This document shows positions 26,750 to 37,402 of a DNA stretch of 64,000 bases, one piece after another. The position numbers and the translations under genes are program-made. Every line of letters starts with the position of its first letter. Position 1 is the first letter of the stretch. Source of the DNA: an uncultured Eubacteriales bacterium (GTDB lineage Bacteria > Bacillota > Clostridia > Oscillospirales > CAG-272); contig CAKSPO010000001.1 of NCBI GenBank assembly GCA_934481515.1, positions 27,561 through 91,560 on the forward strand, written 5' to 3'. The notes beneath the pieces were generated by a model. The model saw only the letters and a list, made by a program, of their open reading frames with translations, ran no database searches and was not told the origin of the DNA.

Positions 26750-28864
26750 ATGCAAAAAAAGAAAGGTGTGCGTTCTCCTTTTCGGACGGATCTGCGCTCA
26801 CCGCTGATTATCAGTGCAGTCATTGGTGCATTGATGCTTTTGACCGTATTAATCGCAATGTATCTGGTGCAGGATACCGAAGAGGCACGGTATTACGGGA
26901 TCGCGGCGACGGCGGTTTATCTGCTGAGCGTTGGGTTCCTTCTGACTGCGTATCTGCGCCGATATGGCAAGATTCTGATTGCCAACGACTCTGCGGCGCT
27001 GATGACAACAGAGGTCAGCGATATGTTCCGATATATTGTGGATATTCCGTATGCCATTGTCAGTGAGGACGGAATGGTCAAGGTGGTCAGCGGAGCGTTG
27101 CAGGATTTGCTGCAGTTCCGGACACCGGTGTGCAATGTGCCGCTATCCGGCTTTTGCACGGTACCGATGAAGGAGATCATCAGTTATGCCCGCAACGGTG
27201 GGCAGGTTCCGAATATTACCGTAAATGAGGACGGCGTCCCGACGGATCATACCAAGCCGATGAATACCGAGATCGACGGGAGAGTTTATAACCTCCGTTG
27301 CTTTATCATGCGCTCCCGCCGGAAGGATTATTATTTTGTAATTTTTGACGATATTACGGAGATTGAGGATCTGCGCCGTCAGAGATACGAGGAAGAACCG
27401 ATCGTGGCGTATATTGTCATCGACAGCCTTCAGGAACTTGCACAGTATGTGCGGGTCAGTTATCGGACGGCAGTCAATGAGATCGAAGCAAAGCTGAAAG
27501 AATGGGTTGCGGGGTTCGGCGGAATGCTCCGGGAATACGAGCGTGAAAAGTATCTTTTGGTATTTACCCGTGCGGCGCTGGATCAAAACATCCGCAACAA
27601 ATTTCCGATTCTGGATACTGTCCGATCCATTCGCCTCGGAGACAATACATTTCCCGTAACGGTTTCTATCGGTGTCGGAGCCATTGAAGGAAGCTTTGAG
27701 GACAAGGAGCGTGCTGCGGGCGACGCCTTGGATATCGCACTGCAAAAGGGCGGCGATCAGGCAACCGTCAATGACGGAAAGTCCGTTACCGCTTACGGAG
27801 GCAGAGTCAATACCATGGCAGGCTCCACAACCATTACCTCCCGGATCAATTCCCAGCATCTCTGCCGCCTGATCAAGGATGCCGGCAATGTGCTGATTAT
27901 GGGACATCGGGCACCGGACTATGATTGCATCGGTTCGGCAGTGGGACTTGCGCGGCTTGCCATCTGTGCAAGAGACGGAGACGTGTCCAAAATCCGGGTT
28001 GTGGTAAACCGGGAGCATATGAACTTCCGGATCTGCTATGACCTTCTGCAGGGTTTGCCGGAATACCGTGCCATGTTTATCAGCGGAGAAACCGCGCTGG
28101 ATGCGGTGCGACCGGATACGCTTCTGATTATGACCGATGTCAATAATGTTCTGAATACCGAAATGCCGAAGCTGCTCAAATGCGTCAGCCAGGTTGTCAT
28201 TATCGACCATCACCGGCGTCAGGATCAGCTGTATGAATTCAAACCGCTGATGACCTATATCCGCCCCGGTGTTTCTTCCGCAAGCGAGCTGGTCAGCGAA
28301 ATGCTGGAGTACAGTCCGTATCGGGAATCCCTCCTGAAAGAAGAGGCGAACCTGATGTTGGCAGGTGTCATGCTGGATACAAAGAACTTTACCAATGCCG
28401 TCGGAATTCAGACGTTTGCCGCGGTGGAGTACCTTTATGAGCGCGGTGCCCATGCGGGTGTAGTGCGGAGGTTCTTTACCGAGACCATGAACAATCTGTT
28501 CACCGCCTGCGACATCGACAGCCGAACCCGGACATACCGCGATAAGATTGCACTGACGTGGCTCAGCGTCGATCATCCGGCAACCGAGGAGGATAACATC
28601 GCCGTTGCAAAGGCGGCGGATAAGCTGATGACGATTGACGGAATCGAAGCGTCGTTCGCGCTTTTGCGTGCGGAGGATGTGGTAACGATTTCGGCTCGTT
28701 CTCAGGACAAAATCAACGTACAGATCATTATGCAGAAGCTGGGCGGCGGCGGTCACTATGATATGGCAGGCGCACGGCTGACGCATATTTCACTGGAAGC
28801 CGCCTGCAGAAAGCTGAAAGCGGCACTGGACGATTATATGGATCATGAGTATCAGCCGGACTGA
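26750..28864 (+). CDS. gdpP: GdpP-like DHH/DHHA1 phosphodiesterase (c-di-AMP phosphodiesterase family)
   Basis: Two N-terminal TM helices, a degenerate GGDEF-like middle region, DHH motifs (GHRAPDYDCIGS, IIDHHRR) and DHHA1 GGGGH. Confidence 0.85.
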   Translation: MQKKKGVRSPFRTDLRSPLIISAVIGALMLLTVLIAMYLVQDTEEARYYGIAATAVYLLSVGFLLTAYLRRYGKILIANDSAALMTTEVSDMFRYIVDIPYAIVSEDGMVKVVSGALQDLLQFRTPVCNVPLSGFCTVPMKEIISYARNGGQVPNITVNEDGVPTDHTKPMNTEIDGRVYNLRCFIMRSRRKDYYFVIFDDITEIEDLRRQRYEEEPIVAYIVIDSLQELAQYVRVSYRTAVNEIEAKLKEWVAGFGGMLREYEREKYLLVFTRAALDQNIRNKFPILDTVRSIRLGDNTFPVTVSIGVGAIEGSFEDKERAAGDALDIALQKGGDQATVNDGKSVTAYGGRVNTMAGSTTITSRINSQHLCRLIKDAGNVLIMGHRAPDYDCIGSAVGLARLAICARDGDVSKIRVVVNREHMNFRICYDLLQGLPEYRAMFISGETALDAVRPDTLLIMTDVNNVLNTEMPKLLKCVSQVVIIDHHRRQDQLYEFKPLMTYIRPGVSSASELVSEMLEYSPYRESLLKEEANLMLAGVMLDTKNFTNAVGIQTFAAVEYLYERGAHAGVVRRFFTETMNNLFTACDIDSRTRTYRDKIALTWLSVDHPATEEDNIAVAKAADKLMTIDGIEASFALLRAEDVVTISARSQDKINVQIIMQKLGGGGHYDMAGARLTHISLEAACRKLKAALDDYMDHEYQPD

Positions 28865-28942
28865 CGGCTGATGCTCGTGAGCCTTACAGCTGTTGAAAAA
28901 ATGACAGCAGGATGAAAAAAACGAAAACGGAGAGAATACATC

Positions 28943-29389
28943 ATGAAAGTGATTTTACTTGCAGACGTAAAAGGTCAGGGAAAGAAGAACGACGTGATTG
29001 AGGTTTCCGACGGGTACGGACGGAACTTTCTGATTCCGCGGAAGCTTGCAAAGGCGGCGGATGCTCAGTCGCTCAATGACGTCAAGGTAAAGGAAGCGGC
29101 GAGAATCCACAAAATCGAGACCGAAAAAAAGGAAGCGATGGCGCTGACGGAGAAACTGAAGGAAATTCTGGTGAAGATTCCGGCAACCTCCGGCGGAGAC
29201 GGCAGACTGTATGGCTCCGTTACGGCAAAGGACATTGCCGAGCGGCTGGAAGCGGATTTCGGAATTGTGCTGGATAAGCGGAAGCTTGTGATTGCCGATC
29301 CGATCAAGGCATACGGAAAGTATGAGCTGGATGTAAAGCTTTATCCGGAAGTAACGGCAAAGCTTTATGTACTGGTCTGTGAAAAATAA
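28943..29389 (+). CDS. rplI: 50S ribosomal protein L9
   Basis: MKVILLADVKGQGKKNDVIEVSDGYGRNFLIPRKLA is the canonical L9 N-terminus. Confidence 0.95.
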   Translation: MKVILLADVKGQGKKNDVIEVSDGYGRNFLIPRKLAKAADAQSLNDVKVKEAARIHKIETEKKEAMALTEKLKEILVKIPATSGGDGRLYGSVTAKDIAERLEADFGIVLDKRKLVIADPIKAYGKYELDVKLYPEVTAKLYVLVCEK

Positions 29390-29394
29390 ACGGC

Positions 29395-30735
29395 ATGGAA
29401 AATGAGCTGATCCGAAAACTTCCGTTTTCGATGCCGGCAGAGCAGTCGTTACTTGGCTCTGTTCTGATTGATCCTGCGGCTTTGAACGAGGTCGCAGATC
29501 TGTTGCATGCCGAGGATTTTTATCTGGAAGAGCATAAACAGATTTACCTTGCCATGCGGGAACTGTTCCTTGCCAACCGGGAGATCGACGTGGTAACGTT
29601 GATCGACATGCTGGTGGTCAAAGGAATTTATGACAAATCCGGTGGTGAGGATTATATCCGAACGCTGACCGACGCAGTTCCGGATGCTTTGAACGTTCGG
29701 GATTACGCCAATATCGTCAAGGAAAAGAGCGTTTTGCGCCAGTTGATCTCCGCGTGCAGTGAGATCTCGGAATCCGCATATTCCGAGCAGGAAGCCGTCA
29801 CGGCAATTCTGGATCATGCGGAGCACCTGATTTTTGATATCGCACAGGGAAGGGACACCAAGAACTTCCGCTCCATTCGCGAGGTGATCGGGGATGTTTA
29901 CGGGCATCTGCGCGATCTGAACACCAACCGTGAGGCAACACAGGGGACACAGACCGGTTTTTCCGGTCTTGACCGTGTGCTTGCCGGGATGGGAAAGAGT
30001 GATCTGGTGCTGGTCGGAGCACGTCCCGGTATGGGAAAAACCTCTTTTGCACTGAACATTGCCACCAATGTTGCAAAACAAACCAAAAAGACCGTCTGTA
30101 TCTTTTCTCTGGAAATGTCAGCGGAGCAGTTGGTAAGCCGGATTCTTTCCAGCGAGGCGCTGGTAAACAGCTATTCGCTCCGGACGGGAGAACTGAAGCC
30201 GGAGGATTGGGAGCATCTGGCGGCGGCGGCAGGAGAACTTGCAGGGTGTGATATTCTGATCGACGATACCTCCGGCATGACCGTAACGGCAATGAAAGCA
30301 AAACTGCGTCGGGTCAAGAATCTCGGAATGGTGGTCATCGACTACCTCGGACTGATGAGCGGCGACCATTTCAAGGACAATCGTGTGCAGGAGGTTTCCG
30401 AAATTTCCCGATCGCTCAAGATTATGGCGAAGGAGCTGATGGTGCCGATTATTTGTTGTGCTCAGCTTTCCCGCGGACCGGAGTCGAGAACGGACAAAAA
30501 GCCGATGCTTTCCGACCTGCGGGATTCCGGAGCCATCGAGCAGGACGCCGATACGGTTATTTTCCTCTACCGTAGCGAATACTATAAAACCGATGAGGCA
30601 AACCAGAATACCAGCGTCGCAGAGATCATCATTGCCAAAAACCGCCATGGCTCCACAGGTACCGTGACCATGGGCTGGAACGGACAGTTTACCAAATTTA
30701 TTACGCTTGATAAAGAACAGGAAGAAAACGCATGA
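29395..30735 (+). CDS. dnaB: Replicative DNA helicase
   Basis: DnaB N-domain (PFSMPAEQSLLGSVL), Walker A GARPGMGKTSFAL, SRSLKIMAKEL, IIAKNRHG. Confidence 0.95.
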   Translation: MENELIRKLPFSMPAEQSLLGSVLIDPAALNEVADLLHAEDFYLEEHKQIYLAMRELFLANREIDVVTLIDMLVVKGIYDKSGGEDYIRTLTDAVPDALNVRDYANIVKEKSVLRQLISACSEISESAYSEQEAVTAILDHAEHLIFDIAQGRDTKNFRSIREVIGDVYGHLRDLNTNREATQGTQTGFSGLDRVLAGMGKSDLVLVGARPGMGKTSFALNIATNVAKQTKKTVCIFSLEMSAEQLVSRILSSEALVNSYSLRTGELKPEDWEHLAAAAGELAGCDILIDDTSGMTVTAMKAKLRRVKNLGMVVIDYLGLMSGDHFKDNRVQEVSEISRSLKIMAKELMVPIICCAQLSRGPESRTDKKPMLSDLRDSGAIEQDADTVIFLYRSEYYKTDEANQNTSVAEIIIAKNRHGSTGTVTMGWNGQFTKFITLDKEQEENA

Positions 30736-31796
30736 AGAAAGAACCCCTTAAGGGCGCGCTTCCTCCGCATCTGCTGGCAGAATTGCCGCCGGAAACGCCG
30801 GTTTTGCTGGCACTGTCCGGCGGTGCGGATTCCACTGCACTTTTGCATCTGCTTTCCTGTCAGCGGGAAAAATACGGTTTTCCGCTGGTTGCGGCGCACG
30901 TCAATCACGGCATCCGCGGTGCGGATGCCGTGCACGACGCGGAATTCTGCAGCGCTCTTGCGGCAGAGTTCGGGGTGCCGCTTTTTTTGAAGGAGGCGGA
31001 TGTTCCGTCCATGGTGCGTGCAAGCGGAAGAAGTGTGGAGGAAGAGGCAAGACTTTGCAGGTATTCTTTTTTCTCGGATCTGATGGAACGGGAGAATTTT
31101 CCGATTCTCGTAACGGCACACCACGCGGACGATCAGGCAGAGACGGTTTTGTTCCGCCTTTCCCGCGGGACAGGACTTCACGGACTTTGCGGAATTTCCC
31201 CGTGTCGGGCGTTTGGCACGGGTGTTTTGGTTCGTCCGCTTTTGCATTGCACCCGACAGGAGATCCTCTCTTATTGTGACCGAAATAGGCTTTCCTACGT
31301 CGAAGATGCGACCAATGCGGATATCTCCTATGCCAGAAACCGCATCCGGCAGAAGATTTTGCCGGAGTTGGAAGCGCTTTTTGAGCGTCCGCAGGAGAGA
31401 ATTGCCGCCATGTGTGACACACTGCGGGAGGATGAAGCGTTTCTTATTTCTGTTGCAGAGACGACCCTGCGGGAGCTTGGAGCAGGGGAACCGCTTTGCC
31501 TGGATCTGAAGCGACTGAATCAAACAGCATTGCCGATCCGCCGCAGAGTATTGCTTCTGTGGGTGGAGCAGGTCGGTGGAAGAGGAGCGGAACGGGTACA
31601 TTTGGAAGCGCTTTTGCATCTGTGCGAGGCAAGACGGGATGGGGAAGAAGTGCTTTTGCCCGGAAAGCTTCTTGCCTTTACGCAGGATGGCTTTTTGTGT
31701 GCGAGACGGGGAACCCGCTGCGAAAGGACTCCGGCGGTTACGAATCCGGAAATCCCATCCGCGCACCATTCCGCAAAGGAAAATAACGGAATATAA
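30732..31796 (+). CDS. tilS: tRNA(Ile)-lysidine synthase (short form)
   Basis: ATGA overlap with dnaB. PP-loop LALSGGADSTALL. tilS-hpt-ftsH synteny. Confidence 0.85.
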   Translation: MKKEPLKGALPPHLLAELPPETPVLLALSGGADSTALLHLLSCQREKYGFPLVAAHVNHGIRGADAVHDAEFCSALAAEFGVPLFLKEADVPSMVRASGRSVEEEARLCRYSFFSDLMERENFPILVTAHHADDQAETVLFRLSRGTGLHGLCGISPCRAFGTGVLVRPLLHCTRQEILSYCDRNRLSYVEDATNADISYARNRIRQKILPELEALFERPQERIAAMCDTLREDEAFLISVAETTLRELGAGEPLCLDLKRLNQTALPIRRRVLLLWVEQVGGRGAERVHLEALLHLCEARRDGEEVLLPGKLLAFTQDGFLCARRGTRCERTPAVTNPEIPSAHHSAKENNGI

Positions 31797-31973
31797 GAAA
31801 AGTTCACAAATTATCAATAGCACCGTGTATAATTCCGACGGAAAAATTTGATATAATTAAATTTGATTTTACGGACAAACACGTAGCACGAAGCTTTTGC
31901 AACCGGGATGTGCATGACACCGCCTGAGCGGTATCGGAAAGCAAGGAAGTTGTGCCGCAGGAGGACAGGCAAA

Positions 31974-32528
31974 ATGGGAAAACAGATGCGCGATGATATT
32001 CAGGAGATTCTGGCAGACGAAAAAAAGCTCGGAGAGCTGTGCGACCGTCTGGCAAAACAGATTACAGAGGATTATGCCGAAAGCGGCAGGGAACTTGTTT
32101 TTGTGATCGTACTGAAGGGGTCGGTACTGTTTGCCACTGACCTGATCCGCCGGATTCCGATTCCCTGTGAGATGGAGTTTATGAAGGTCTCCTCTTACGG
32201 AGCCGGAACCGAAACTTCCGGCTTTATTCAGGTACATCTGGATCTGAAGCGGGATGTGCGGGACGCGGATGTCATCATTGTGGAGGATATTATCGACAGT
32301 GGCAGAACCCTGCAAAAGCTTTCACAGCTTCTGGAAAACCGCGGTGCACACAGTGTCCGGTGTTGTACGCTTCTGGATAAACCGGAACGTCGGCAGGTGG
32401 CGTTGAACGCGGATTATGTCGGCATGGAAATTCCGGATGCATTCGTGGTCGGGTATGGATTGGATTACAATGAAAAATACCGGAATCTTCCTTATATCGG
32501 CATTTTGAAGCCGAAGATTTACCAATAA
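31974..32528 (+). CDS. hpt: Hypoxanthine phosphoribosyltransferase
   Basis: Start ATG 31974 (AGGAGG at 31959-31964). PRPP motif VIIVEDIIDSGRTL. Confidence 0.9.
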   Translation: MGKQMRDDIQEILADEKKLGELCDRLAKQITEDYAESGRELVFVIVLKGSVLFATDLIRRIPIPCEMEFMKVSSYGAGTETSGFIQVHLDLKRDVRDADVIIVEDIIDSGRTLQKLSQLLENRGAHSVRCCTLLDKPERRQVALNADYVGMEIPDAFVVGYGLDYNEKYRNLPYIGILKPKIYQ

Positions 32529-32559
32529 AGAGGGGGTACCCTGCAAATGGAGGAACTGA

Positions 32560-34590
32560 ATGAAAAAACGAAGTCTGTTTCATGAGCTGTTATTTTACGG
32601 AATCATCATTGCCATCATCGTTGTGATGCTTTCCACCCTGCTGTCACGGGATTCCGGAACCGGTGCGATCCGTTCCGATTCCGAACTCAGCGGATACCTC
32701 CGTGGGGACGAGGTCAAGGAGGTCTTTGTCGATAATGACAGCAATGTCTACCTGACCTTCAAGGACGGAACCCAAAAGAGCTATACGGTTGCAAGCGTAG
32801 ACTGGTTCCGTTATCAGTTCACCGACGTCATGGAGGAAAAGGGGATCACCTACCGGTTTGAGCCAGCGACCCAGCTTCCTTGGTGGGTCAGCCTTCTGCC
32901 GACGCTGTTTATCATCCTGCTGATTGTTTTCATCTACATTTTCTCATTCAGTCAAATCAACGGAAAGGGCGGAAAATTCAATTCTTTCGGAAAGGCACGG
33001 GTCAAAACTCCGGGCGACTCCGAAAAAGACAAGGTGCTGTTCCGGGATGTTGCGGGAGCGGATGAGGAGAAAGAGGAGCTGGTTGAGATCGTGGAATTTT
33101 TGCGCGATCCCGCAAAGTTTACCAAGCTCGGCGCAAAAATTCCGCATGGCGTGCTGTTGGTGGGCCCTCCCGGTACCGGTAAAACCCTGCTTGCCAAGGC
33201 GGTTGCCGGAGAAGCCGGCGTACCGTTCTACTCCATTTCCGGTTCCGATTTTGTCGAGATGTATGTCGGTGTCGGCGCATCCCGTGTGCGGGATCTGTTC
33301 GAGACCGCGCGCAAGTCTCCGGCGTCCATCATTTTCATTGACGAGATTGATGCCGTCGGACGTCACCGCGGTGCCGGACTCGGCGGCGGGCATGACGAGC
33401 GGGAACAGACCCTGAACCAGTTGCTGGTAGAGATGGACGGTTTTGGTTCTCACGATGGAATCATTGTTATGGCGGCGACCAACCGCCCGGACATTCTTGA
33501 CCCCGCACTGCTCCGTCCCGGTCGGTTTGACCGTCAGGTGACCGTCAACTACCCGGATATGAAGGGCAGAGAAGCAATTCTCAAGGTACACGCCCGCAAC
33601 AAACCGCTGGAAGCGTCGGTGGATTTCCGTAAAGTTGCGCAAAGCACGGTTGGATTTACCGGAGCCGATCTTGCTAACCTGCTCAACGAAGCGGCACTTC
33701 TGGCTGCAAAGAAGAACAAATCTCTGATCGGTATGGATGACATCGAGGAATCCTTTATGAAGTCACTTCTGGGACCGCAGAAAAAGTCCAAGATCCGTAC
33801 CGAGAAGGAAAACAAGCTGACAGCATATCACGAAGCCGGTCACGCGGTCGTTTCCTACTACTGCGAGAATACCGACCCCGTCAAGTATATCACGATTGTT
33901 CCGGCGGGAAGATCCGGCGGTGTTACCGTCAGTGTTCCGGAGGAGGATACCTCCTACACCACCCGCGGAGATATGCTGGATCGCATCCGGATGAGCCTCG
34001 GCGGCAGAATTGCGGAAGAACTGATTATGGACGACATTTCCACAGGCGCTTCCGCCGACATTCAGCAGGCAACCAAGATTGCCCGCAATATGGTTACCCG
34101 CTACGGAATGAGCAATAAGCTCGGCATGGTTTTGTACGGCTCCGAACACACCAGCGACGAGGTATTCCTCGGCAGAGACTATGGCTCCGGGAAAAACTAT
34201 TCCGAGCAGACTGCAGCGCTCATCGACGAGGAGGTTCACCGCCTGATTGCGGACGCTTATACAGAAGCCAAGAAGATTCTGTCTGAGCACATGGATCGCC
34301 TTCACTTTGTTGCACAGTACCTCCTGAAGCATGAGAGTATGGACGGCGATCAGTTTGCCGCTGCGATGAAGGAGAATGCAACCGTCGAGGAGCTGGAGGC
34401 AATTGCCGAGGAAAAGGCAGAAAAGAGCCGCCGAGACAACGAAGAGCGCTTGGCACGTCTGGAAGCGGAACGCCTGGAGCGTGAGAAAAAGGAAGCGGCT
34501 GACGCAGAACCGTCCGATGCCGATGAAAATGGAACGGATGAAAAGCACGAGGGATCTATCGAAGATTCCTCGGATGAAGAACAAAAATAA
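32560..34590 (+). CDS. ftsH: ATP-dependent zinc metalloprotease FtsH
   Basis: Two TM helices, Walker [17 protein letters not shown] region, zinc motif HEAGHA. Confidence 0.95.
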   Translation: MKKRSLFHELLFYGIIIAIIVVMLSTLLSRDSGTGAIRSDSELSGYLRGDEVKEVFVDNDSNVYLTFKDGTQKSYTVASVDWFRYQFTDVMEEKGITYRFEPATQLPWWVSLLPTLFIILLIVFIYIFSFSQINGKGGKFNSFGKARVKTPGDSEKDKVLFRDVAGADEEKEELVEIVEFLRDPAKFTKLGAKIPHGVLLVGPPGTGKTLLAKAVAGEAGVPFYSISGSDFVEMYVGVGASRVRDLFETARKSPASIIFIDEIDAVGRHRGAGLGGGHDEREQTLNQLLVEMDGFGSHDGIIVMAATNRPDILDPALLRPGRFDRQVTVNYPDMKGREAILKVHARNKPLEASVDFRKVAQSTVGFTGADLANLLNEAALLAAKKNKSLIGMDDIEESFMKSLLGPQKKSKIRTEKENKLTAYHEAGHAVVSYYCENTDPVKYITIVPAGRSGGVTVSVPEEDTSYTTRGDMLDRIRMSLGGRIAEELIMDDISTGASADIQQATKIARNMVTRYGMSNKLGMVLYGSEHTSDEVFLGRDYGSGKNYSEQTAALIDEEVHRLIADAYTEAKKILSEHMDRLHFVAQYLLKHESMDGDQFAAAMKENATVEELEAIAEEKAEKSRRDNEERLARLEAERLEREKKEAADAEPSDADENGTDEKHEGSIEDSSDEEQK

Positions 34591-34701
34591 CCTCCGGGAT
34601 TTTCCCGGAACAGGGCGGCGGGATTCCGCCATCGGAGCACCGCCGACCTGCGTTCCGCCAATCGGAACAAAGCATCAAAAAATTCAAAAATCATTTTATT
34701 G

Positions 34702-34824
34702 TTGAAGAGTAAAAATACAGGCGTTGGAGAAATCCTGAGTGCCGCCCGGACGGGGAGTTGCCGGGAGGACGAATAGAAGCCGAAACGAGGTTTCTTGCGG
34801 TCTGTGTTTTGCATCCCGCTTCAT
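34702..34824 (+). promoter_or_regulatory. THF (tetrahydrofolate) riboswitch upstream of folT-folC
   Basis: GAAGAGUA...GCGUU...GACGAA...UUGCGG...GCAUCCCGCUUC follows the THF-I consensus order. P1 is GAAG/CUUC. P2 is AAAAUACAG/CUGUGUUUU with one U-G pair. The downstream gene is a folate ECF S-component. Confidence 0.8.
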
Positions 34825-34894
34825 ACGGCTGACCGGAGACCATAAAATAGCAGGACTCCTTTTTGCCATATGGGTGGAAGAGGAGGTATTTTTT

Positions 34895-35488
34895 ATGAAA
34901 AACAATTCTGCTATGATTGCAAAAAAAACATTGGTTCATCTGGTTCTGGACGCGTTGTTTGCGGCACTGTTTGTCATCCTCAGCACGCTTCTTTCCTTTA
35001 AGGTGCTGACGCTGGAAATTTCGTGGGCATCCCTGCCGATTCTTTTGTGTGCGGCACTGCTCACCCCCGCCGATGCCTTTGCGGTTGCACTGTGCGGCTC
35101 CTTCTTTGAGCAGTTGCTCTCTCCCTATGGAATGTCCGCAACCACCCCGCTCTGGATGCTTCCGGTTATTCTTCAGGCATTGTTTGCGTCGCTTTTCTTC
35201 CGCCTTTGCCGTGGGAAGGGGCAGACATGGAAGCGGATCGCCGTTATTTTTGCGTCGGAAATTCTGTTGACCGCCGCCAATATCGGTGTTTCCTTTTTCG
35301 ACGCATGGCTGTTTGATTATCTGGCATATCTGACGGTGAATGTTCCGCTCCGTTTTCTTAATGGTGCTGTCCGTGCCGTCCTTTCCTCTGCGATCATTCC
35401 TCTGTTGCTCCCGCCGCTGCGGAAAAGCCTTATCCGTGCCGGCGTGATTACCGGCTCCGGGGAGCGTATCGAAAGCGAAATTCAATAA
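34895..35488 (+). CDS. folT: ECF transporter S component, folate family (FolT-like)
   Basis: Start ATG 34895 (AGGAGG 34881-34886). ~197 aa, six hydrophobic segments. It follows a THF riboswitch and precedes folC. Confidence 0.7.
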   Translation: MKNNSAMIAKKTLVHLVLDALFAALFVILSTLLSFKVLTLEISWASLPILLCAALLTPADAFAVALCGSFFEQLLSPYGMSATTPLWMLPVILQALFASLFFRLCRGKGQTWKRIAVIFASEILLTAANIGVSFFDAWLFDYLAYLTVNVPLRFLNGAVRAVLSSAIIPLLLPPLRKSLIRAGVITGSGERIESEIQ

Positions 35489-35501
35489 AAAGGATTTTTT
35501 C

Positions 35502-36806
35502 ATGAACTGTGACGAAGCTATTGCGTACATTCACTCTGCCGGTTGGCACCGGGGAGTCCCCGGACTGGAGCGCATCCGCACGCTGATGGAGGCGCTCGGA
35601 AATCCGCAGGACGAGCTCCGTTTTCTCCATATCGCCGGAACCAACGGCAAGGGAAGCGTTTCGGCAATGCTGGATTCCGTTCTCCGCGCCGGCGGCTATC
35701 GGGTCGGACTTTTCACCTCTCCGTATATCCGCAATTTCCGGGAACGGATCCGGATGGACGGGGCGATGATCGAGGAGGACGAGCTTGCCGGAATTACCGA
35801 AATCGTCCGCGCAAAAGCGGAGCAGATCGCGATTACTCCCACGGAATTTGAGCTGATCTGCGCCATTGCGTTTGTCTATTACCGCCGGAAAAACCCGGAT
35901 TTTGTGGTGTTGGAGGTCGGACTCGGGGGACGGTTGGATCCGACCAACCTGATCCGTACTTCCGTTATATCGGTCATCACCGGTGTGGATTTTGACCACA
36001 CCGAGCTGTTGGGCAATACCATTCAGTCGATTGCCGCCGAAAAAGCGGGAATTGTCAAGGAAAATGTTCCGGTACTTTACGGGGGATGCCAGACCTCCGC
36101 CTGCCGGACCATCCGTTCCATTGCGGAGCAGCGGCACGCGGTGTTTTACGGTGTTGACCGTTCCTCCTGCCGGGTGATTGAGCAAACACTGGACGGCACC
36201 GTGATGGACTTTCGGGATTACCGGGGGCTGAGGCTGTCTCTCCTCGGTTCCTATCAGCCGCAGAATGCGGCGACCGCCCTGACGGCACTTCATATTTTAC
36301 AGGAGCGGGGAATCGTCACGCTTTCGGAAGAAGCAATTCGCCGCGGACTTTCCGATGTGCGGTGGATGGCGCGGTTTGAATTGCTTTCCAAAAATCCTGT
36401 AATTCTTTATGACGGCGGACATAATCCGCAGGGAGTTACAGAGGCGGTTCGAAGCATCCAAACCTATTTCCCGGAACAAAAGGTATATCTCCTGTCCGGC
36501 GTCATGGCGGACAAGGATTACGATTCCATGATCAGAGCGCTGGAGCCGGTGACGGAAAGAGCCTTTACCGTTACGCCGGAAAATCCGCGCGCTTTGGATG
36601 CAGAAAGCTATGCCGACTGCTTTTGCCAGCATAAAATTCCCGCGCATTCTTACACATCCCTTGCGGAAGCCGCGGAGGATGCGGTTCGGGAAAGCATCAG
36701 ACAGCATGTCCCTTTGGTTTGTCTTGGGTCTCTCTATCTTTACAATGGCATTGTTGACGAGATCGGAAGAGTCCTGCACGCAGACCGACAGGCGGCTGAA
36801 AAATAA
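35502..36806 (+). CDS. folC: Bifunctional folylpolyglutamate synthase / dihydrofolate synthase
   Basis: Mur-ligase P-loop IAGTNGKGS and the overall FolC layout. Confidence 0.9.
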   Translation: MNCDEAIAYIHSAGWHRGVPGLERIRTLMEALGNPQDELRFLHIAGTNGKGSVSAMLDSVLRAGGYRVGLFTSPYIRNFRERIRMDGAMIEEDELAGITEIVRAKAEQIAITPTEFELICAIAFVYYRRKNPDFVVLEVGLGGRLDPTNLIRTSVISVITGVDFDHTELLGNTIQSIAAEKAGIVKENVPVLYGGCQTSACRTIRSIAEQRHAVFYGVDRSSCRVIEQTLDGTVMDFRDYRGLRLSLLGSYQPQNAATALTALHILQERGIVTLSEEAIRRGLSDVRWMARFELLSKNPVILYDGGHNPQGVTEAVRSIQTYFPEQKVYLLSGVMADKDYDSMIRALEPVTERAFTVTPENPRALDAESYADCFCQHKIPAHSYTSLAEAAEDAVRESIRQHVPLVCLGSLYLYNGIVDEIGRVLHADRQAAEK

Positions 36807-36809
36807 ATA

Positions 36810-36850
36810 CGTGAGTTCGTAACCATCCTCACGAAAAACAAAACTAAGGA
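36810..36850 (+). promoter_or_regulatory. preQ1-I riboswitch upstream of queT
   Basis: CGUGAG-UUCGUAACCAUC-CUCACG hairpin, then the A-rich tail AAAAACAAAACUAAGGAG ending in the RBS. This is very close to known preQ1-I aptamers (...AAAAAACUAAGG). Confidence 0.85.
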
Positions 36851-36860
36851 GAATTGAAGA

Positions 36861-37361
36861 ATGAAAAGAAGTCAGAACCGGAACTATGTCCTCTACGTTT
36901 GTCAGGCGGGAATCATCGGTGCACTTTATACCGTGATTACCGTTCTGATCGGTCCCTTGGGTAACACTGCCGTACAGTGCCGGATATCGGAAGCGCTGTG
37001 TGTGCTTCCTTTTTTTACCCCGGCGGCGATCCCCGGTGTCACCATCGGCTGCCTTGTTTCCAACCTGCTGACCGGAGGTGTCTGGCAGGACGTTGTGTTC
37101 GGAACTCTTGCCACGCTTCTCGGTGCTGTAGGAGCAAGACTTTTGCGGAAATTTCCATGGTTGGTGCCGCTTCCTACGGTCATTGCCAATACCGTAATCG
37201 TTCCGCTGGTGCTGGCATTTGCGTATCACGATGAAAACGGGCTTTTGTTCCTGTTTTTGTCGGTCGGACTCGGAGAAGTGATTTCCGCATATGTGCTCGG
37301 AATGGCGCTGTTGATGTTGCTACGCCGCCATCCGGTTCATGCTTTTCATCTGGAATCGTAA
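36861..37361 (+). CDS. queT: QueT-family queuosine-precursor transporter (ECF S component)
   Basis: 166 aa hydrophobic protein preceded by a preQ1 riboswitch. The N-terminal QAGIIGALYTVITVLIGPL...CRISEAL pattern matches my recollection of QueT. Confidence 0.75.
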   Translation: MKRSQNRNYVLYVCQAGIIGALYTVITVLIGPLGNTAVQCRISEALCVLPFFTPAAIPGVTIGCLVSNLLTGGVWQDVVFGTLATLLGAVGARLLRKFPWLVPLPTVIANTVIVPLVLAFAYHDENGLLFLFLSVGLGEVISAYVLGMALLMLLRRHPVHAFHLES

Positions 37362-37402
37362 ATCAATGTTTTTATAGCCTGCCGGAAGGGGGGGAAGATG
37401 CA

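Noticed and set aside
34739-34894. N-terminal 52-codon extension of the folT ORF given in the track
   Set aside because: The extension overlaps the THF riboswitch aptamer and has no RBS. ATG 34895 has a perfect AGGAGG 8 nt upstream, and the hydrophobic protein begins there.
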